DNA of 64,000 nucleotides from Acutalibacteraceae bacterium. Its GTDB lineage: Bacteria > Bacillota > Clostridia > Oscillospirales > Acutalibacteraceae. Below, one piece after another: positions 9,045-18,678 of the stretch. The notes below the pieces were generated by a model. That model did not search any database. It had not been told where the DNA came from and saw nothing but the letters and a program-made list of their open reading frames with translations. The translations under genes and the position numbers were made by a program. The stretch lies in NCBI GenBank assembly GCA_045604215.1, contig JAZUNP010000012.1, forward strand, positions 6,980-70,979. The letters are read 5' to 3'. The first letter of the stretch is position 1. The number at the start of each line of letters is the position of its first letter.

Positions 9045-10127
9045 TCAAATTGCGTTTACAATAGCGCGAAGCTCAGCTTCTTTTTCTTCCATATCCACAA
9101 CAAGCTTAAACTGTGTGCGGCAACGGTCGAGATTGTGGTTTTCTCTATGTATCTTAAAGTAAACGTCACCGCTTAAGTAGTCTGTAAGAAAACGAACGCC
9201 ACACTCAAGTGTCATAAGATATGCGCCTGTTACAAGGCTGTCTTTTTCGGCGGGGGTAAGGAACTTATTTGCAGTTGAAAGATAGCCCTTTGCAAAAACC
9301 TCAAACAAATGAGTGTTTACTGAAATCTTTGAAAGATCGGTTTCGTCCTCGGCACCGGTTGATGCGCCAAAGCGTATGCTATCGCCAAAGTCGTATGCGG
9401 CGGCACCCGGCATAATTGTATCAAGGTCGATAACGCATTTTGCCTTACCTGTTGCATCATCAATAAGTATGTTATTAAGCTTGGTATCGTTGTGCGTTAC
9501 GCGATAGGGGATTTCGCCGCTTTCGAGTTTAGAGGTGATGGCATCTGCCTTGCATTCGCGAGCGAGAACGAAGTCAATTTCAGCCTGAACGTCTTTAGCG
9601 CGTCCCATTTTGTCCTCGGCTAAAGCCTTTTTTAAATCGACAAAACGACTTGGTGTGTTGTGGAAATTAACGATGGTTTCATGCAACTTTTCTGCAGGAT
9701 AATCAGCAAGCATTTGTTGGAATTCACCGAAAGCTAGACCGCAAGTGTAGAAATCGTTATCGTTTTCTATCTGCTGATATGCGGTTGCGTTTTCAATGAA
9801 TTTGTAAACGCGCCAATAGTTGCCGAATTCATCAAGATAAAAGCTTTTACCGTCAAGGGTTGGAATAACAGTAAGGGTGCCGTCTTCTTTTACCTTGTCA
9901 CGCAAAAATGTGGTAACACCTACGATGTTTTCCATAAGCTGCTCAGGATTTTTGAAAGCTACGGTGCTGATTTTTTGCAAAAGATTTTTAATTTCCTTAC
10001 CATCGGTAGATTTATGTGCAACTAGCCAGGTACAATTTATATGTCCGCTGCCGTAAGGCTCTATAGAAACAATTTCGCCTGTGTTAAACTGTTTTGCTGC
10101 AAGTATTGCAATTTCTCTATCAGTCAT
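9045..10127 (-). CDS. nahK: N-acetylhexosamine 1-kinase-like (APH-fold anomeric sugar kinase)
   Basis: 360 aa. APH/Brenner motif RVTHNDTKLNNILID, IDLDTIMPG, and FDFGDSIRFGASTGAEDETDLSKI. Length and these blocks match my recollection of Bifidobacterium NahK (LnpB). GAGGT RBS. Confidence 0.75.
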   Translation of the reverse strand: MTDREIAILAAKQFNTGEIVSIEPYGSGHINCTWLVAHKSTDGKEIKNLLQKISTVAFKNPEQLMENIVGVTTFLRDKVKEDGTLTVIPTLDGKSFYLDEFGNYWRVYKFIENATAYQQIENDNDFYTCGLAFGEFQQMLADYPAEKLHETIVNFHNTPSRFVDLKKALAEDKMGRAKDVQAEIDFVLARECKADAITSKLESGEIPYRVTHNDTKLNNILIDDATGKAKCVIDLDTIMPGAAAYDFGDSIRFGASTGAEDETDLSKISVNTHLFEVFAKGYLSTANKFLTPAEKDSLVTGAYLMTLECGVRFLTDYLSGDVYFKIHRENHNLDRCRTQFKLVVDMEEKEAELRAIVNAI

Positions 10128-10152
10128 TTTAAAATACCTCGTTTTTTAAATA

Positions 10153-10863
10153 TTAGTTTTCACTATAAATTACTGTAACATCGGGGTGAAGCTGGAGAAT
10201 TGATGCAGGAACTTGTGGAGTGATTGGACCAAAAAATGCTTTTTCGAGGATTTCTTTCTTGTTTGAGCCGTTTGCTACAAGAATAATTTTTTTAGCGTTC
10301 ATAATAGCACCCATGCCCATTGTGATTGCCTTTTTCGGAACATCGTTGATTGATTCAAAGAAACGAGCATTTGCTTCAATAGTTGACTCATGAAGGTCAA
10401 CTACATGGGTTTCTTTTACAAAAACATCGGCTGGCTCGTTAAAGCCGATATGACCGTCAAGACCGATACCCAAAAGCTGAAGATCGATACCACCAAGGCT
10501 TTCTATGTGCTTGTCGTAAGCAGCACCCTCAGCATCGAGGTCGTCCGAAATACCGCTAGGTACTGCAGTTTTTGATTTATCAATATTTACGTGATTAAAT
10601 AGGTTAGTGTTCATAAAGTAACGGTAGCTCTGGTCGTGGTCACCATTAAGACCAACATATTCGTCAAGGTTTACAGAGGTTACAGTGCTAAAATCAAGTT
10701 CGTCAGCATTGCACTTTTTAATAAGCTCTTTGTAAGTGCCTATAGGTGAAGAGCCTGTTGCAAGGCCGAGCACACAATTAGGCTTCATAATGATTTGAGA
10801 AGCAATAATGTTAGCCGCCTTTACGCTTAATTCGTCATAGCTTTTTACTGTAATGAATTTCAT
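10153..10863 (-). CDS. nagB: glucosamine-6-phosphate deaminase
   Basis: 236 aa from the ATG at 10863 (AGGAGG 8 nt upstream). Contains LGLATGSSP, NLDEYVGL, and LLGIGLDGHIGFNEP. Confidence 0.93.
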   Translation of the reverse strand: MKFITVKSYDELSVKAANIIASQIIMKPNCVLGLATGSSPIGTYKELIKKCNADELDFSTVTSVNLDEYVGLNGDHDQSYRYFMNTNLFNHVNIDKSKTAVPSGISDDLDAEGAAYDKHIESLGGIDLQLLGIGLDGHIGFNEPADVFVKETHVVDLHESTIEANARFFESINDVPKKAITMGMGAIMNAKKIILVANGSNKKEILEKAFFGPITPQVPASILQLHPDVTVIYSEN

Positions 10864-10937
10864 AAATAATTCCTCCTGAAAGAATTTATCTGCTTTTGAA
10901 TAAAACACAAACGCACTTTATCTATGTTAACATTCCC

Positions 10938-10966
10938 ATTATAATTATAAGTATACAAAAAGTCAA
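10938..10966 (-). promoter_or_regulatory. promoter of the nagB-nahK-mutarotase operon
   Basis: On the minus strand: TTGACT (10961-10966), 17 nt spacer, TATAAT (10938-10943). Confidence 0.5.
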
Positions 10967-10985
10967 ATAGAATTCCTGTATTTAT

Positions 10986-11022
10986 AAATAAAAACAAGCC
11001 CTGTGTTTACACAAGGCTTGTA
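10986..11022 (-). terminator. rho-independent terminator after rpsI
   Basis: Stem acaagcc (10994-11000) pairs with ggcttgt (11015-11021). The plus-strand A-run at 10989-10994 is a T-run on the minus strand. Confidence 0.6.
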
Positions 11023-11039
11023 AAACAATCGTATAACGA

Positions 11040-11438
11040 TTAACGTTTTGAGAACTGTGGAGCACGACGTGCGCCTTTGAGACCGTATTTCTTTCTTTCC
11101 TTCATACGTGGGTCACGAGTGAGGAAACCTGCCTTCTTAAGTTCTGGACGAAGTTCAGCATCAGCCTGCAAGAGTGCGCGAGCGATACCATGGCGAATAG
11201 CACCGGCCTGACCGGTAACGCCGCCGCCTGCTACACGGCATACGATGTCAAACTTGTCAGCATTCTCGGTAAGAACGAGTGGCTGACGAACGATAACCTT
11301 TAAGGTTTCAAGGCCAAAGTAATCATCAATATCTCTTTCGTTAATAGTGATTTTACCTGTACCCTGATATACTCTAACACGGGCAACAGAACTCTTTCTT
11401 CTGCCGGTGCCGTAAAAATATGGCTTTCCTTCAAACAT
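11040..11438 (-). CDS. rpsI: 30S ribosomal protein S9
   Basis: 132 aa, with [13 protein letters not shown] near the N-terminus and the [18 protein letters not shown] tail. Confidence 0.97.
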   Translation of the reverse strand: MFEGKPYFYGTGRRKSSVARVRVYQGTGKITINERDIDDYFGLETLKVIVRQPLVLTENADKFDIVCRVAGGGVTGQAGAIRHGIARALLQADAELRPELKKAGFLTRDPRMKERKKYGLKGARRAPQFSKR

Positions 11439-11455
11439 TATTTCTGTCTCCCTTC

Positions 11456-11884
11456 TTAGAATTCATACTTTTCAGGCTTCTGTGCTACCTGAACGTAGTT
11501 CTCGCCTTTATAAATGTGAAGACGAGTAAGTGCTTTTCTACCAATTGTAGTATCGGGAACCATACCCTTTACTGCAAGTTCCATAGCAAGCTCTGGACGG
11601 GTGTTCATAAGGGTTGAATATTTAACCTCTTTAAGACCACCAATATAGCCTGTATGACGACGATAGTACTTGTTGTTGAGTTTGTTACCTGTTAAAACTG
11701 CCTTTTCAGCGTTTATAACGATAACATGGTCACCACAGTCAACGTGAGGTGTGAAAGTGGGCTTATGTTTACCGCGAAGCAAATCAGCAACCTTTGCAGC
11801 TGTACGGCCCATTGGACGGTTAGCAGCATCAACGATATACCATTTGCGCTGAACTTCGGCAGGTTTTGCCATAAATGTAGACAT
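11456..11884 (-). CDS. rplM: 50S ribosomal protein L13
   Basis: 142 aa from the ATG at 11884 (GGAGGT RBS). Contains [14 protein letters not shown] and [22 protein letters not shown]. The 52-codon N-terminal extension in the ORF track runs through the promoter. Confidence 0.95.
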   Translation of the reverse strand: MSTFMAKPAEVQRKWYIVDAANRPMGRTAAKVADLLRGKHKPTFTPHVDCGDHVIVINAEKAVLTGNKLNNKYYRRHTGYIGGLKEVKYSTLMNTRPELAMELAVKGMVPDTTIGRKALTRLHIYKGENYVQVAQKPEKYEF

Positions 11885-11929
11885 AATCAAAACCTCCAGA
11901 TTTGTTTTTCTTTTTTTGAGTGCCCGAAT

Positions 11930-11958
11930 ATAATACCATAGCAAATATGCTTTGTCAA
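11930..11958 (-). promoter_or_regulatory. promoter of rplM-rpsI
   Basis: On the minus strand: consensus TTGACA (11953-11958), 17 nt spacer, TATTAT (11930-11935). Confidence 0.55.
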
Positions 11959-12147
11959 CACTATTTTTTGAAAATTTTAATTTAAAAAATGAAATCTTCG
12001 TTTTTCTCGCGTTTTCTCGTTTTTTCTCACAAATGCTCACTTGCGATTTTAAAAAATAATATAAACTTTTGAAAATAAATTGAACTTATTCGCAATATGT
12101 GTTATGATTACTACATAGAGTAAAATGGGTTAAAAGGCGGTGAGCAG

Positions 12148-12927
12148 ATGAAGGTTTTGGCAGTTGGTGATGTGTGCGCGCCAGATGGTAGCGCTTATGC
12201 CCTTAAAATGATACCACTTATCAAGCGTGAAGAAAATATCGATTTGATAATTGTAAACGGCGAAAATTCGGCTGCAGGCAACGGCATAACACCCGAGAGC
12301 GCCGACACACTTTTTACCGCAGGCGCCGACGTAATAACGGGCGGCAATCATACTCTGCGCCGTAAAGAGTTTTTCGATATGCTTGAATGCAACCCCTTTG
12401 TTTTGCGTCCGCACAATTTAAAGGATGCCGAGGCAGGCAGTGGCTATTGTCTTTTTGACATGGGTAAATATTCTGCTGCGATTATAAATCTTTCGGGGCA
12501 GATATATCTTGAAAGAGCAAATGCCGATAATCCGTTTAAATGTGTTGACGAATTGCTAAAAAGAGCGAAATTGGACGGCGCAAAATTTATATTTGTAGAT
12601 TTTCACGCCGAGGCTACAAGCGAAAAACGCGCAATGGGTTTTTATCTTGACGGGCGTGTATCAGCAGTATTTGGCACACATACACACGTACAAACCGCTG
12701 ACGCCCAAATTTTACCGCAAGGCACAGGTTATATTACCGACCTTGGTATGACGGGTGTTATAAATTCGGTACTTGGTGTGAAAAATGATATTATAATCAA
12801 TCGCTTACGCGATAATGATATGTCTCGTTTTGAACAAGCGGGTGGCGAATGTATGCTAAACGGCTGTATCTTTGACATTGATGAAACGACAGGTCTTACC
12901 AAATCGGTAAAGCTTATATATATGTAA
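12148..12927 (+). CDS. ymdB: TIGR00282-family metallophosphoesterase (YmdB-like 2',3'-cyclic-nucleotide phosphodiesterase)
   Basis: 259 aa with MKVLAVGDV, VNGENSAAGNGIT, DFHAEATSEK, and GTHTHVQTAD. Confidence 0.9.
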   Translation: MKVLAVGDVCAPDGSAYALKMIPLIKREENIDLIIVNGENSAAGNGITPESADTLFTAGADVITGGNHTLRRKEFFDMLECNPFVLRPHNLKDAEAGSGYCLFDMGKYSAAIINLSGQIYLERANADNPFKCVDELLKRAKLDGAKFIFVDFHAEATSEKRAMGFYLDGRVSAVFGTHTHVQTADAQILPQGTGYITDLGMTGVINSVLGVKNDIIINRLRDNDMSRFEQAGGECMLNGCIFDIDETTGLTKSVKLIYM

Positions 12928-12970
12928 TTTCCAACTTTTAATTTTTCATTTTGAACGGTGGTGACATCAC

Positions 12971-14557
12971 TTGAAAAAAATAATTTGTGTTTTAATTTCT
13001 TTGATCTTAGTAATCTCTCTTTGTGGTTGCAAGAAAAATCCAATCGACATAAGCAGCTCCGAAAACAATGTGACATCACCATTAAATTCGGCTGGGAACA
13101 CAGAGATAAATTTGCTTTATTCTTACGGCGACACCTTTAATCCGTATACAGCTACTACCGCTTCAAACCGACAACTGTCATTATTGCTTTTTGACAGCCT
13201 TATAAAAACCGATAACAGCTTTGAACCGATTTTTGTGCTGGCGCAGTCTGCACAAACCGAAGATAAAACATGCACAGTAAAATTGCGTGACGCATTTTTC
13301 AGTGACGGCTCACCTGTTAGTGCGAGTGACGTTATTTACTCATACAATCTTGCAAAAGAATGCGCACAATATTCGCACAACTTTTATGAGGTGACCTCGG
13401 TTTCGGCTCGTGACTCAAAAACCGTTGTATTTAACCTTTCCCAAAGTGATGCCCACTTTGTAAATTTACTTGATTTCCCGATATTAAAAGCAGGAACTTC
13501 CAGTCGATTTGATGCCGACGGCAAAGAGATAACGCCTATCGGATGCGGAAGATATGTTTTAGATAAAGACGGAACGAGTTTTGTTCAAAACAGTAACTAC
13601 TACGGCAAAAAGGGCCACATAAGAACAATTAAACTTATAAACTCGCCCGATGCGGCGTCAACATCGCACTATGTCGAAATCGGTGCTACCGCTATTTACT
13701 ATACCGAGGGTGACAACATTGTGCGTATGAGTGGTGAAAAAACAGTGGTCAACCTTAACCGCTTTGTATATATAGGAGTAAATTCCAAATATGGTTCTTT
13801 GCAAAGCAAGGAAATGCGATATGCCATTTCTTCAGCGCTTGACCGCGACGCAATTTGTCAGACTGCCTACTACAATAACGCAATATCCGCAACAGGCTTT
13901 TTTAATCCTTATTTCAAAGCAACTCAAGCCCTTCAAACCATAGAAAGTAAACCTAATTCTAAAATAACGGTTGAAAATTTGTCAAAAATAGGGTATAATA
14001 ATATGAATTCAAATGGTTTTCATGCAAATTCGGCGGGAAATAACCCCGTGTTTACATTGCTTGTGAATTCAGAAAATGTCTCGCGCGTAGCGGCTGCAAA
14101 ACTTATTTCGACGCAGTGTAAATCCGCGGGTATTCAAATAAATGTCGTAGAATGCACCTACGAGCAATACGTCGAGCGTTTGCAAACGGGTAGTTTTCAG
14201 TTGTATTTAGGCGAGGTTCAAATCCTTGATAATATGGATTTCAGTCAGCTTGTTATAAGCGGCGGCAGTGCGGCATACGGTGTTGCTGATTCAAAACCCG
14301 TCGCCGATACCACAAGCGATAAGACAGCCAGTGATACCACCGAACAACCCACTACAAGCAGCTGCGAGCAAATAATTGCGGCATACCGCAGTGGCGAATG
14401 TGGCATAAGTGATGTGGCGGGTACACTGCTTACCGAAATGCCTCAAATACCCGTATGTTATTTAAACGGTGTTTTGTTTTACACCTCCGACATAACAGGC
14501 GGCGTGCAGACATCCACCAGCGACATTTATTTAAGTATTGAAAATTATGAATTTTAG
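12971..14557 (+). CDS. ABC transporter substrate-binding lipoprotein, family 5 (peptide/nickel type)
   Basis: 528 aa, TTG start. Signal peptide with lipobox LISLCGC. The SBP_bac_5-like N-terminal region reads NPYTATTASNRQLSLLLFDSLIK... Confidence 0.75.
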   Translation: MKKIICVLISLILVISLCGCKKNPIDISSSENNVTSPLNSAGNTEINLLYSYGDTFNPYTATTASNRQLSLLLFDSLIKTDNSFEPIFVLAQSAQTEDKTCTVKLRDAFFSDGSPVSASDVIYSYNLAKECAQYSHNFYEVTSVSARDSKTVVFNLSQSDAHFVNLLDFPILKAGTSSRFDADGKEITPIGCGRYVLDKDGTSFVQNSNYYGKKGHIRTIKLINSPDAASTSHYVEIGATAIYYTEGDNIVRMSGEKTVVNLNRFVYIGVNSKYGSLQSKEMRYAISSALDRDAICQTAYYNNAISATGFFNPYFKATQALQTIESKPNSKITVENLSKIGYNNMNSNGFHANSAGNNPVFTLLVNSENVSRVAAAKLISTQCKSAGIQINVVECTYEQYVERLQTGSFQLYLGEVQILDNMDFSQLVISGGSAAYGVADSKPVADTTSDKTASDTTEQPTTSSCEQIIAAYRSGECGISDVAGTLLTEMPQIPVCYLNGVLFYTSDITGGVQTSTSDIYLSIENYEF

Positions 14558-14569
14558 GAGGATTTATTT

Positions 14570-14920
14570 ATGATATCTTACGAAACCAGAACAGGTAGTA
14601 TTTGCTTTACCCAAAACTTTTTAAGCAAACTCATCGGTCACGCTGTGACCTCCTGCTTTGGCGTTGTTGGTATGATGCCCTCATCAAACCGTCAGCGTTT
14701 ATTCGGTCTTATATCAAAAGAGCAGGCGCTTGACACGGGCATTAATGTAACAGGTAATGCTGATCAAATCAATGTTGAAATTCATATAATGGTGACCTAC
14801 GGTATGAACATTACCGCTATTGCGGCAAGTATTACCGAAAAGGTTAAATATGTTGTAGAAGAATCTACCGGTATTACCGTAAACAAGGTAAATGTCAAGG
14901 TAGATGGAATAAAGGAATAA
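14570..14920 (+). CDS. Asp23/Gls24 family envelope stress protein (YloU-like)
   Basis: 116 aa with AGGAGG RBS. Typical Asp23 pattern, in the conserved position upstream of yloV. Confidence 0.85.
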   Translation: MISYETRTGSICFTQNFLSKLIGHAVTSCFGVVGMMPSSNRQRLFGLISKEQALDTGINVTGNADQINVEIHIMVTYGMNITAIAASITEKVKYVVEESTGITVNKVNVKVDGIKE

Positions 14921-14955
14921 TTTTTTCTTCTTATCTATAAAGGGAGTGTTTATTT

Positions 14956-16635
14956 TTGTTTAACGGTAATATTCTACGCGACGCGATTATATCCGCCGCT
15001 AATAATCTTGCAAATAACAGAAAGCCGGTCGATGATCTTAACGTGTTCCCTGTTCCCGACGGTGACACAGGTACAAATATGTCTATGACCTTGTCAAATG
15101 CCGTTCGTGAGCTTGAAAAGGTAAGTGGTGAAACAGCAGGTAAGGTGGCGCAAATAAACGCGTCCGCTTTGCTTCGTGGCGCACGCGGTAACTCGGGCGT
15201 TATCACCTCGCTTTTGTTCCGCGGCTTTGCAAAGGGTATCGGAAGCGATGAAAATGTAACTGCAGAAAATTTAGCGGCAGCATTTAAGCTTGGTGTTGAA
15301 GCGGCTTACAAAGCTGTTATGAAGCCAACCGAGGGTACAATTCTTACTGTTGCGCGTGTTGCCAGTGAGCATGCTACTGCGGCATTTGAAGCAGGGAAAG
15401 ACGCTCTTTCGGTTTTTGCTGATGCAATTGGTGGTGCAAAAATCGCTCTTGCCGAAACACCCGAGCTTTTGCCAATGCTTAAAAAGGCAGGTGTTGTTGA
15501 CGCGGGCGGTCAGGGCTTTGTAATTATACTTGAAGGTATGATGTCGGTATTCCGCGACGGTGTTATTGTTGCATCTAATAGTGGTAGCAGTGAAATCGTA
15601 GAAGACGAGGAAAATGAAACCGCACGTAATGCCGCAGGTGAATTTGAAACCGAAATTACCTTTACCTACTGCACCGAATTTATTGTAAAAAGAGACCCTG
15701 AATGTTCCAAAGAGCCAAGTGAGCTTCGCGCTTATCTTGAAACCATCGGTGACTGCGTTGTAGTGGTTGATGACGAGGAAATCATAAAAGTTCACGTTCA
15801 CACCGACCATCCCGGTAATGCATTCGAAAGTGGCCTTACCTTTGGTCAGCTTACTAATATGAAGGTTGAAAATATGCGCGACCAGCACGAAAAAGCAAAA
15901 CACGATGCTCAAAACGCTAAAAAAGCACCTGCTAAAACCATAGAAAATGAGAGAATTGAGGCAGTAGAGATTACAAAGCCTGTTGGCTTTGTGTCGGTTT
16001 GCGCAGGTGACGGAATTGCCGCGCTCTTCCACGACCTTGGTGTTGACACCATCGTTTCGGGCGGTCAGACAATGAATCCTAGCACAGACAATATTTTGCG
16101 CGCTATTGAAAGCACTCCTGCCGAGACAGTCTACGTGCTTCCTAACAACAAAAATATTATCATGGCGGCGGAACAGGCTATCCCTATCAGCACCCGTAAG
16201 GTTATAGTTCTTCACACAAGAACGATTCCTCAGGGCATTACCGCTATGCTTAATTTTGACGAGAGCGCTGACTGCGAGGCTAACGCTATCGCAATGCAAA
16301 AGGCCGCCGAGGCTATCGCTACAGGTCAGGTTACTTTTGCCGCTCGTGACTCTGATTTTGACGGCCACAAGATTAAACAGGGCGAAATTATGGCTATGAC
16401 AGGTGGTAAAATCTCATTTGTTGATACCGATATCGAAAAAGCTACTATGAAACTCGTTAAATCAATGATTAAGCGCGACAGTCAGTTTGTAACTGTGATT
16501 TACGGCGCCGATATTACCGACTCTCAAGCCGCCGCTTTGGAGCAGCAGCTTAATGAAAAATTCGGTAGCAAGGTTGAAATAACCTTTGTAAACGGTGGTC
16601 AGCCTGTTTACTACTATATTATTTCTGTAGAGTGA
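14956..16635 (+). CDS. yloV: DAK2 domain-containing protein YloV
   Basis: 559 aa, TTG start. Has the DAK2 motif VFPVPDGDTGTNM and a C-terminal DegV-like/YloV domain. Sits in the conserved asp23-yloV-recG order. Confidence 0.9.
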   Translation: MFNGNILRDAIISAANNLANNRKPVDDLNVFPVPDGDTGTNMSMTLSNAVRELEKVSGETAGKVAQINASALLRGARGNSGVITSLLFRGFAKGIGSDENVTAENLAAAFKLGVEAAYKAVMKPTEGTILTVARVASEHATAAFEAGKDALSVFADAIGGAKIALAETPELLPMLKKAGVVDAGGQGFVIILEGMMSVFRDGVIVASNSGSSEIVEDEENETARNAAGEFETEITFTYCTEFIVKRDPECSKEPSELRAYLETIGDCVVVVDDEEIIKVHVHTDHPGNAFESGLTFGQLTNMKVENMRDQHEKAKHDAQNAKKAPAKTIENERIEAVEITKPVGFVSVCAGDGIAALFHDLGVDTIVSGGQTMNPSTDNILRAIESTPAETVYVLPNNKNIIMAAEQAIPISTRKVIVLHTRTIPQGITAMLNFDESADCEANAIAMQKAAEAIATGQVTFAARDSDFDGHKIKQGEIMAMTGGKISFVDTDIEKATMKLVKSMIKRDSQFVTVIYGADITDSQAAALEQQLNEKFGSKVEITFVNGGQPVYYYIISVE

Positions 16636-16643
16636 TAAATTTA

Positions 16644-18668
16644 ATGTCTAACTTTCAAACCGACATAAGATTTTTAAAGGGCGTTGGTGAAAAACGCGCC
16701 CAGCATTTGTACTCACTGGGCATCGATACAATCGGTGCCCTTTTGCGTTATTATCCGCGCGGATATGAAGATTTTAGCAACATAAAGCAAATCTTTGATT
16801 GTTCGGCTGACGAGAAGGTATGTGTAAAAGCACGTATAATCACCCCTGTTACCGAGCATAAAATTCGCAGTAATATGACTCTTTACAAATTTAAAATAAG
16901 CGACGGCACTGCCTACGCACAGGTTACCATCTTTAACAGTAAGTATTTAGCGGCAAGACTGCACGAGGGCAGCGAATATCTTTTTGCAGGCAAAATCGGT
17001 GTGGGTAAATTTGGTCTTGAAATGTCCTCGCCCGAAATTCGCGAGGTGGGGGATACGGGCATACTACCAATATACCCCGCATCAAAAAATATGTCCTCAT
17101 CAGCAATATCAAAGCTTGTTAAAACGGCATTGCAAAGCTGTGAAATAGAGAACGTTTTGCCCGAAAGTGTGCGAACGGCTCAAAAGCTCTGTGATTTAGC
17201 AGATGCAATACACAATATCCATTTTCCAAAAAGCAAGGAATCACTCGAAGCGGCTAAAAAACACCTCGTTTTCGAGGAGTTATTTATACTGCGCACGGGA
17301 CTTATGCTGCTTAAAAACAAACGAAAGGTAAATTCTTCGTTCGTTTTAAAAACCGATTTTACAAACGAGTACATAAACTCCTTGCCGTTTGATATGACGG
17401 ACGCACAAAAAAGAGTTATAAGCGACTGTGCGCGTGATATGGCTTCGGGTAAAATTATGAACCGACTTATACAGGGTGACGTTGGCTGCGGCAAAACTGC
17501 CGTTGCTGCGGCTCTTATGTACCACACGGCAAAATCTGGTTTTCAAGCGGCAATTATGGCACCTACCGAAATTCTTGCGGAACAGCACTTTAAAAATTTA
17601 AGCGAAAGCCTTAAAAACACCGATATTGAGTGTGTTTTGCTCACAGGCTCTCTTAAAAAAACCGAAAAGCAAAGAGTAAAAGAGCAGCTTTCAAGCGGCA
17701 GGGCGCAAATCGCCGTTGGGACACACGCGCTTATAAGCGGTGACGTACAGTTTCATAATTTAGCGCTTGTTATTACCGACGAGCAGCACCGCTTTGGTGT
17801 AACACAACGCGGAGATTTGTCGGCTAAGGGTATGCATCCACACACTTTGGTTATGTCGGCAACACCGATACCAAGAACGCTTGGTCTTATCATCTACGGC
17901 GACCTTGATATAAGCATAATAGACGAATATCCGCGCGGCCGCGTTTCGATAGAAAACTACTGCGTTGAGTCAGCGTTGCGCCAACGAGTTTTTGGTTATA
18001 TCAAAAAACATTTAGACGTGGGCAGACAGGGTTATATTGTATGCCCGATGGTCGAAGAAAACGAAGAAATAGATATAAAAAGCGCGGAGCAGTATTTTGC
18101 CGAAATTAAGGACGGAGAATTTAAAAATTATCGTGTAGGTCTTTTGCACGGAAAGATGAAACCTAAAGACAAAGAGGCTGTTATGCGCGCCTTTAAAGAC
18201 GGCGAAATCGAGTTGCTTGTTTGCACAACGGTTATCGAAGTTGGAATTGACGTGCCAAATGCCGCAATAATGGTTATAGAAAATGCCGAGCGTTTTGGTC
18301 TGTCAGCGCTTCATCAGTTGCGTGGCAGAATAGGTCGCGGACAATATAAATCTACTTGTATATTTATTTCCGATTATAAATCAGGCGCAACAGCCGACCG
18401 ATTAAATGTTATAAAAAGCAGTACCGACGGATTTAAAATCGCTGATGAAGATTTGGCATTACGCGGTCCGGGTGACTTTTTAGGCTCTCGTCAACACGGG
18501 TTGCCCAGCCTTAAAATCGCCGACATTTACGCCGATAACGATATTTTGCGACTGGCAGGTATGTCAGCTGCAAATTTACTCGAAGCTGACCCAAAACTTA
18601 CGTCGCCGGATAACGCAAATTTACGTAAAGAAATTATTTTAATGTACAAAAAACTAAACGAAAACTAA
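16644..18668 (+). CDS. recG: ATP-dependent DNA helicase RecG
   Basis: Wedge domain plus SF2 motifs (GDVGCGKTAVA, DEQHRFG, SATPIPRT, LHQLRGRIGRG). I prefer the ATG at 16644. The GTG at 16632 overlapping the yloV stop is also possible. Confidence 0.93.
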   Translation: MSNFQTDIRFLKGVGEKRAQHLYSLGIDTIGALLRYYPRGYEDFSNIKQIFDCSADEKVCVKARIITPVTEHKIRSNMTLYKFKISDGTAYAQVTIFNSKYLAARLHEGSEYLFAGKIGVGKFGLEMSSPEIREVGDTGILPIYPASKNMSSSAISKLVKTALQSCEIENVLPESVRTAQKLCDLADAIHNIHFPKSKESLEAAKKHLVFEELFILRTGLMLLKNKRKVNSSFVLKTDFTNEYINSLPFDMTDAQKRVISDCARDMASGKIMNRLIQGDVGCGKTAVAAALMYHTAKSGFQAAIMAPTEILAEQHFKNLSESLKNTDIECVLLTGSLKKTEKQRVKEQLSSGRAQIAVGTHALISGDVQFHNLALVITDEQHRFGVTQRGDLSAKGMHPHTLVMSATPIPRTLGLIIYGDLDISIIDEYPRGRVSIENYCVESALRQRVFGYIKKHLDVGRQGYIVCPMVEENEEIDIKSAEQYFAEIKDGEFKNYRVGLLHGKMKPKDKEAVMRAFKDGEIELLVCTTVIEVGIDVPNAAIMVIENAERFGLSALHQLRGRIGRGQYKSTCIFISDYKSGATADRLNVIKSSTDGFKIADEDLALRGPGDFLGSRQHGLPSLKIADIYADNDILRLAGMSAANLLEADPKLTSPDNANLRKEIILMYKKLNEN

Positions 18669-18678
18669 GGAATAAACA

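Noticed and set aside
11885-12040. Ribosomal L13 leader RNA, or the 52-codon N-terminal extension of rplM in the ORF track
   Set aside because: A consensus promoter at 11930-11958 leaves a 5' UTR of only about 40 nt, too short for a structured leader. The extension has no similarity to L13 and runs through the promoter.
15271-16368. 365-aa open reading frame antisense to yloV. Similar long antisense ORFs lie at 52102-52674, 7128-7640, 25013-25510 and 18906-19382.
   Set aside because: Each lies fully inside a well-supported conserved gene on the opposite strand. The translations are Cys/Arg/Asn/Phe-rich and low in complexity with no motifs, and none has an RBS. These are typical shadow ORFs.
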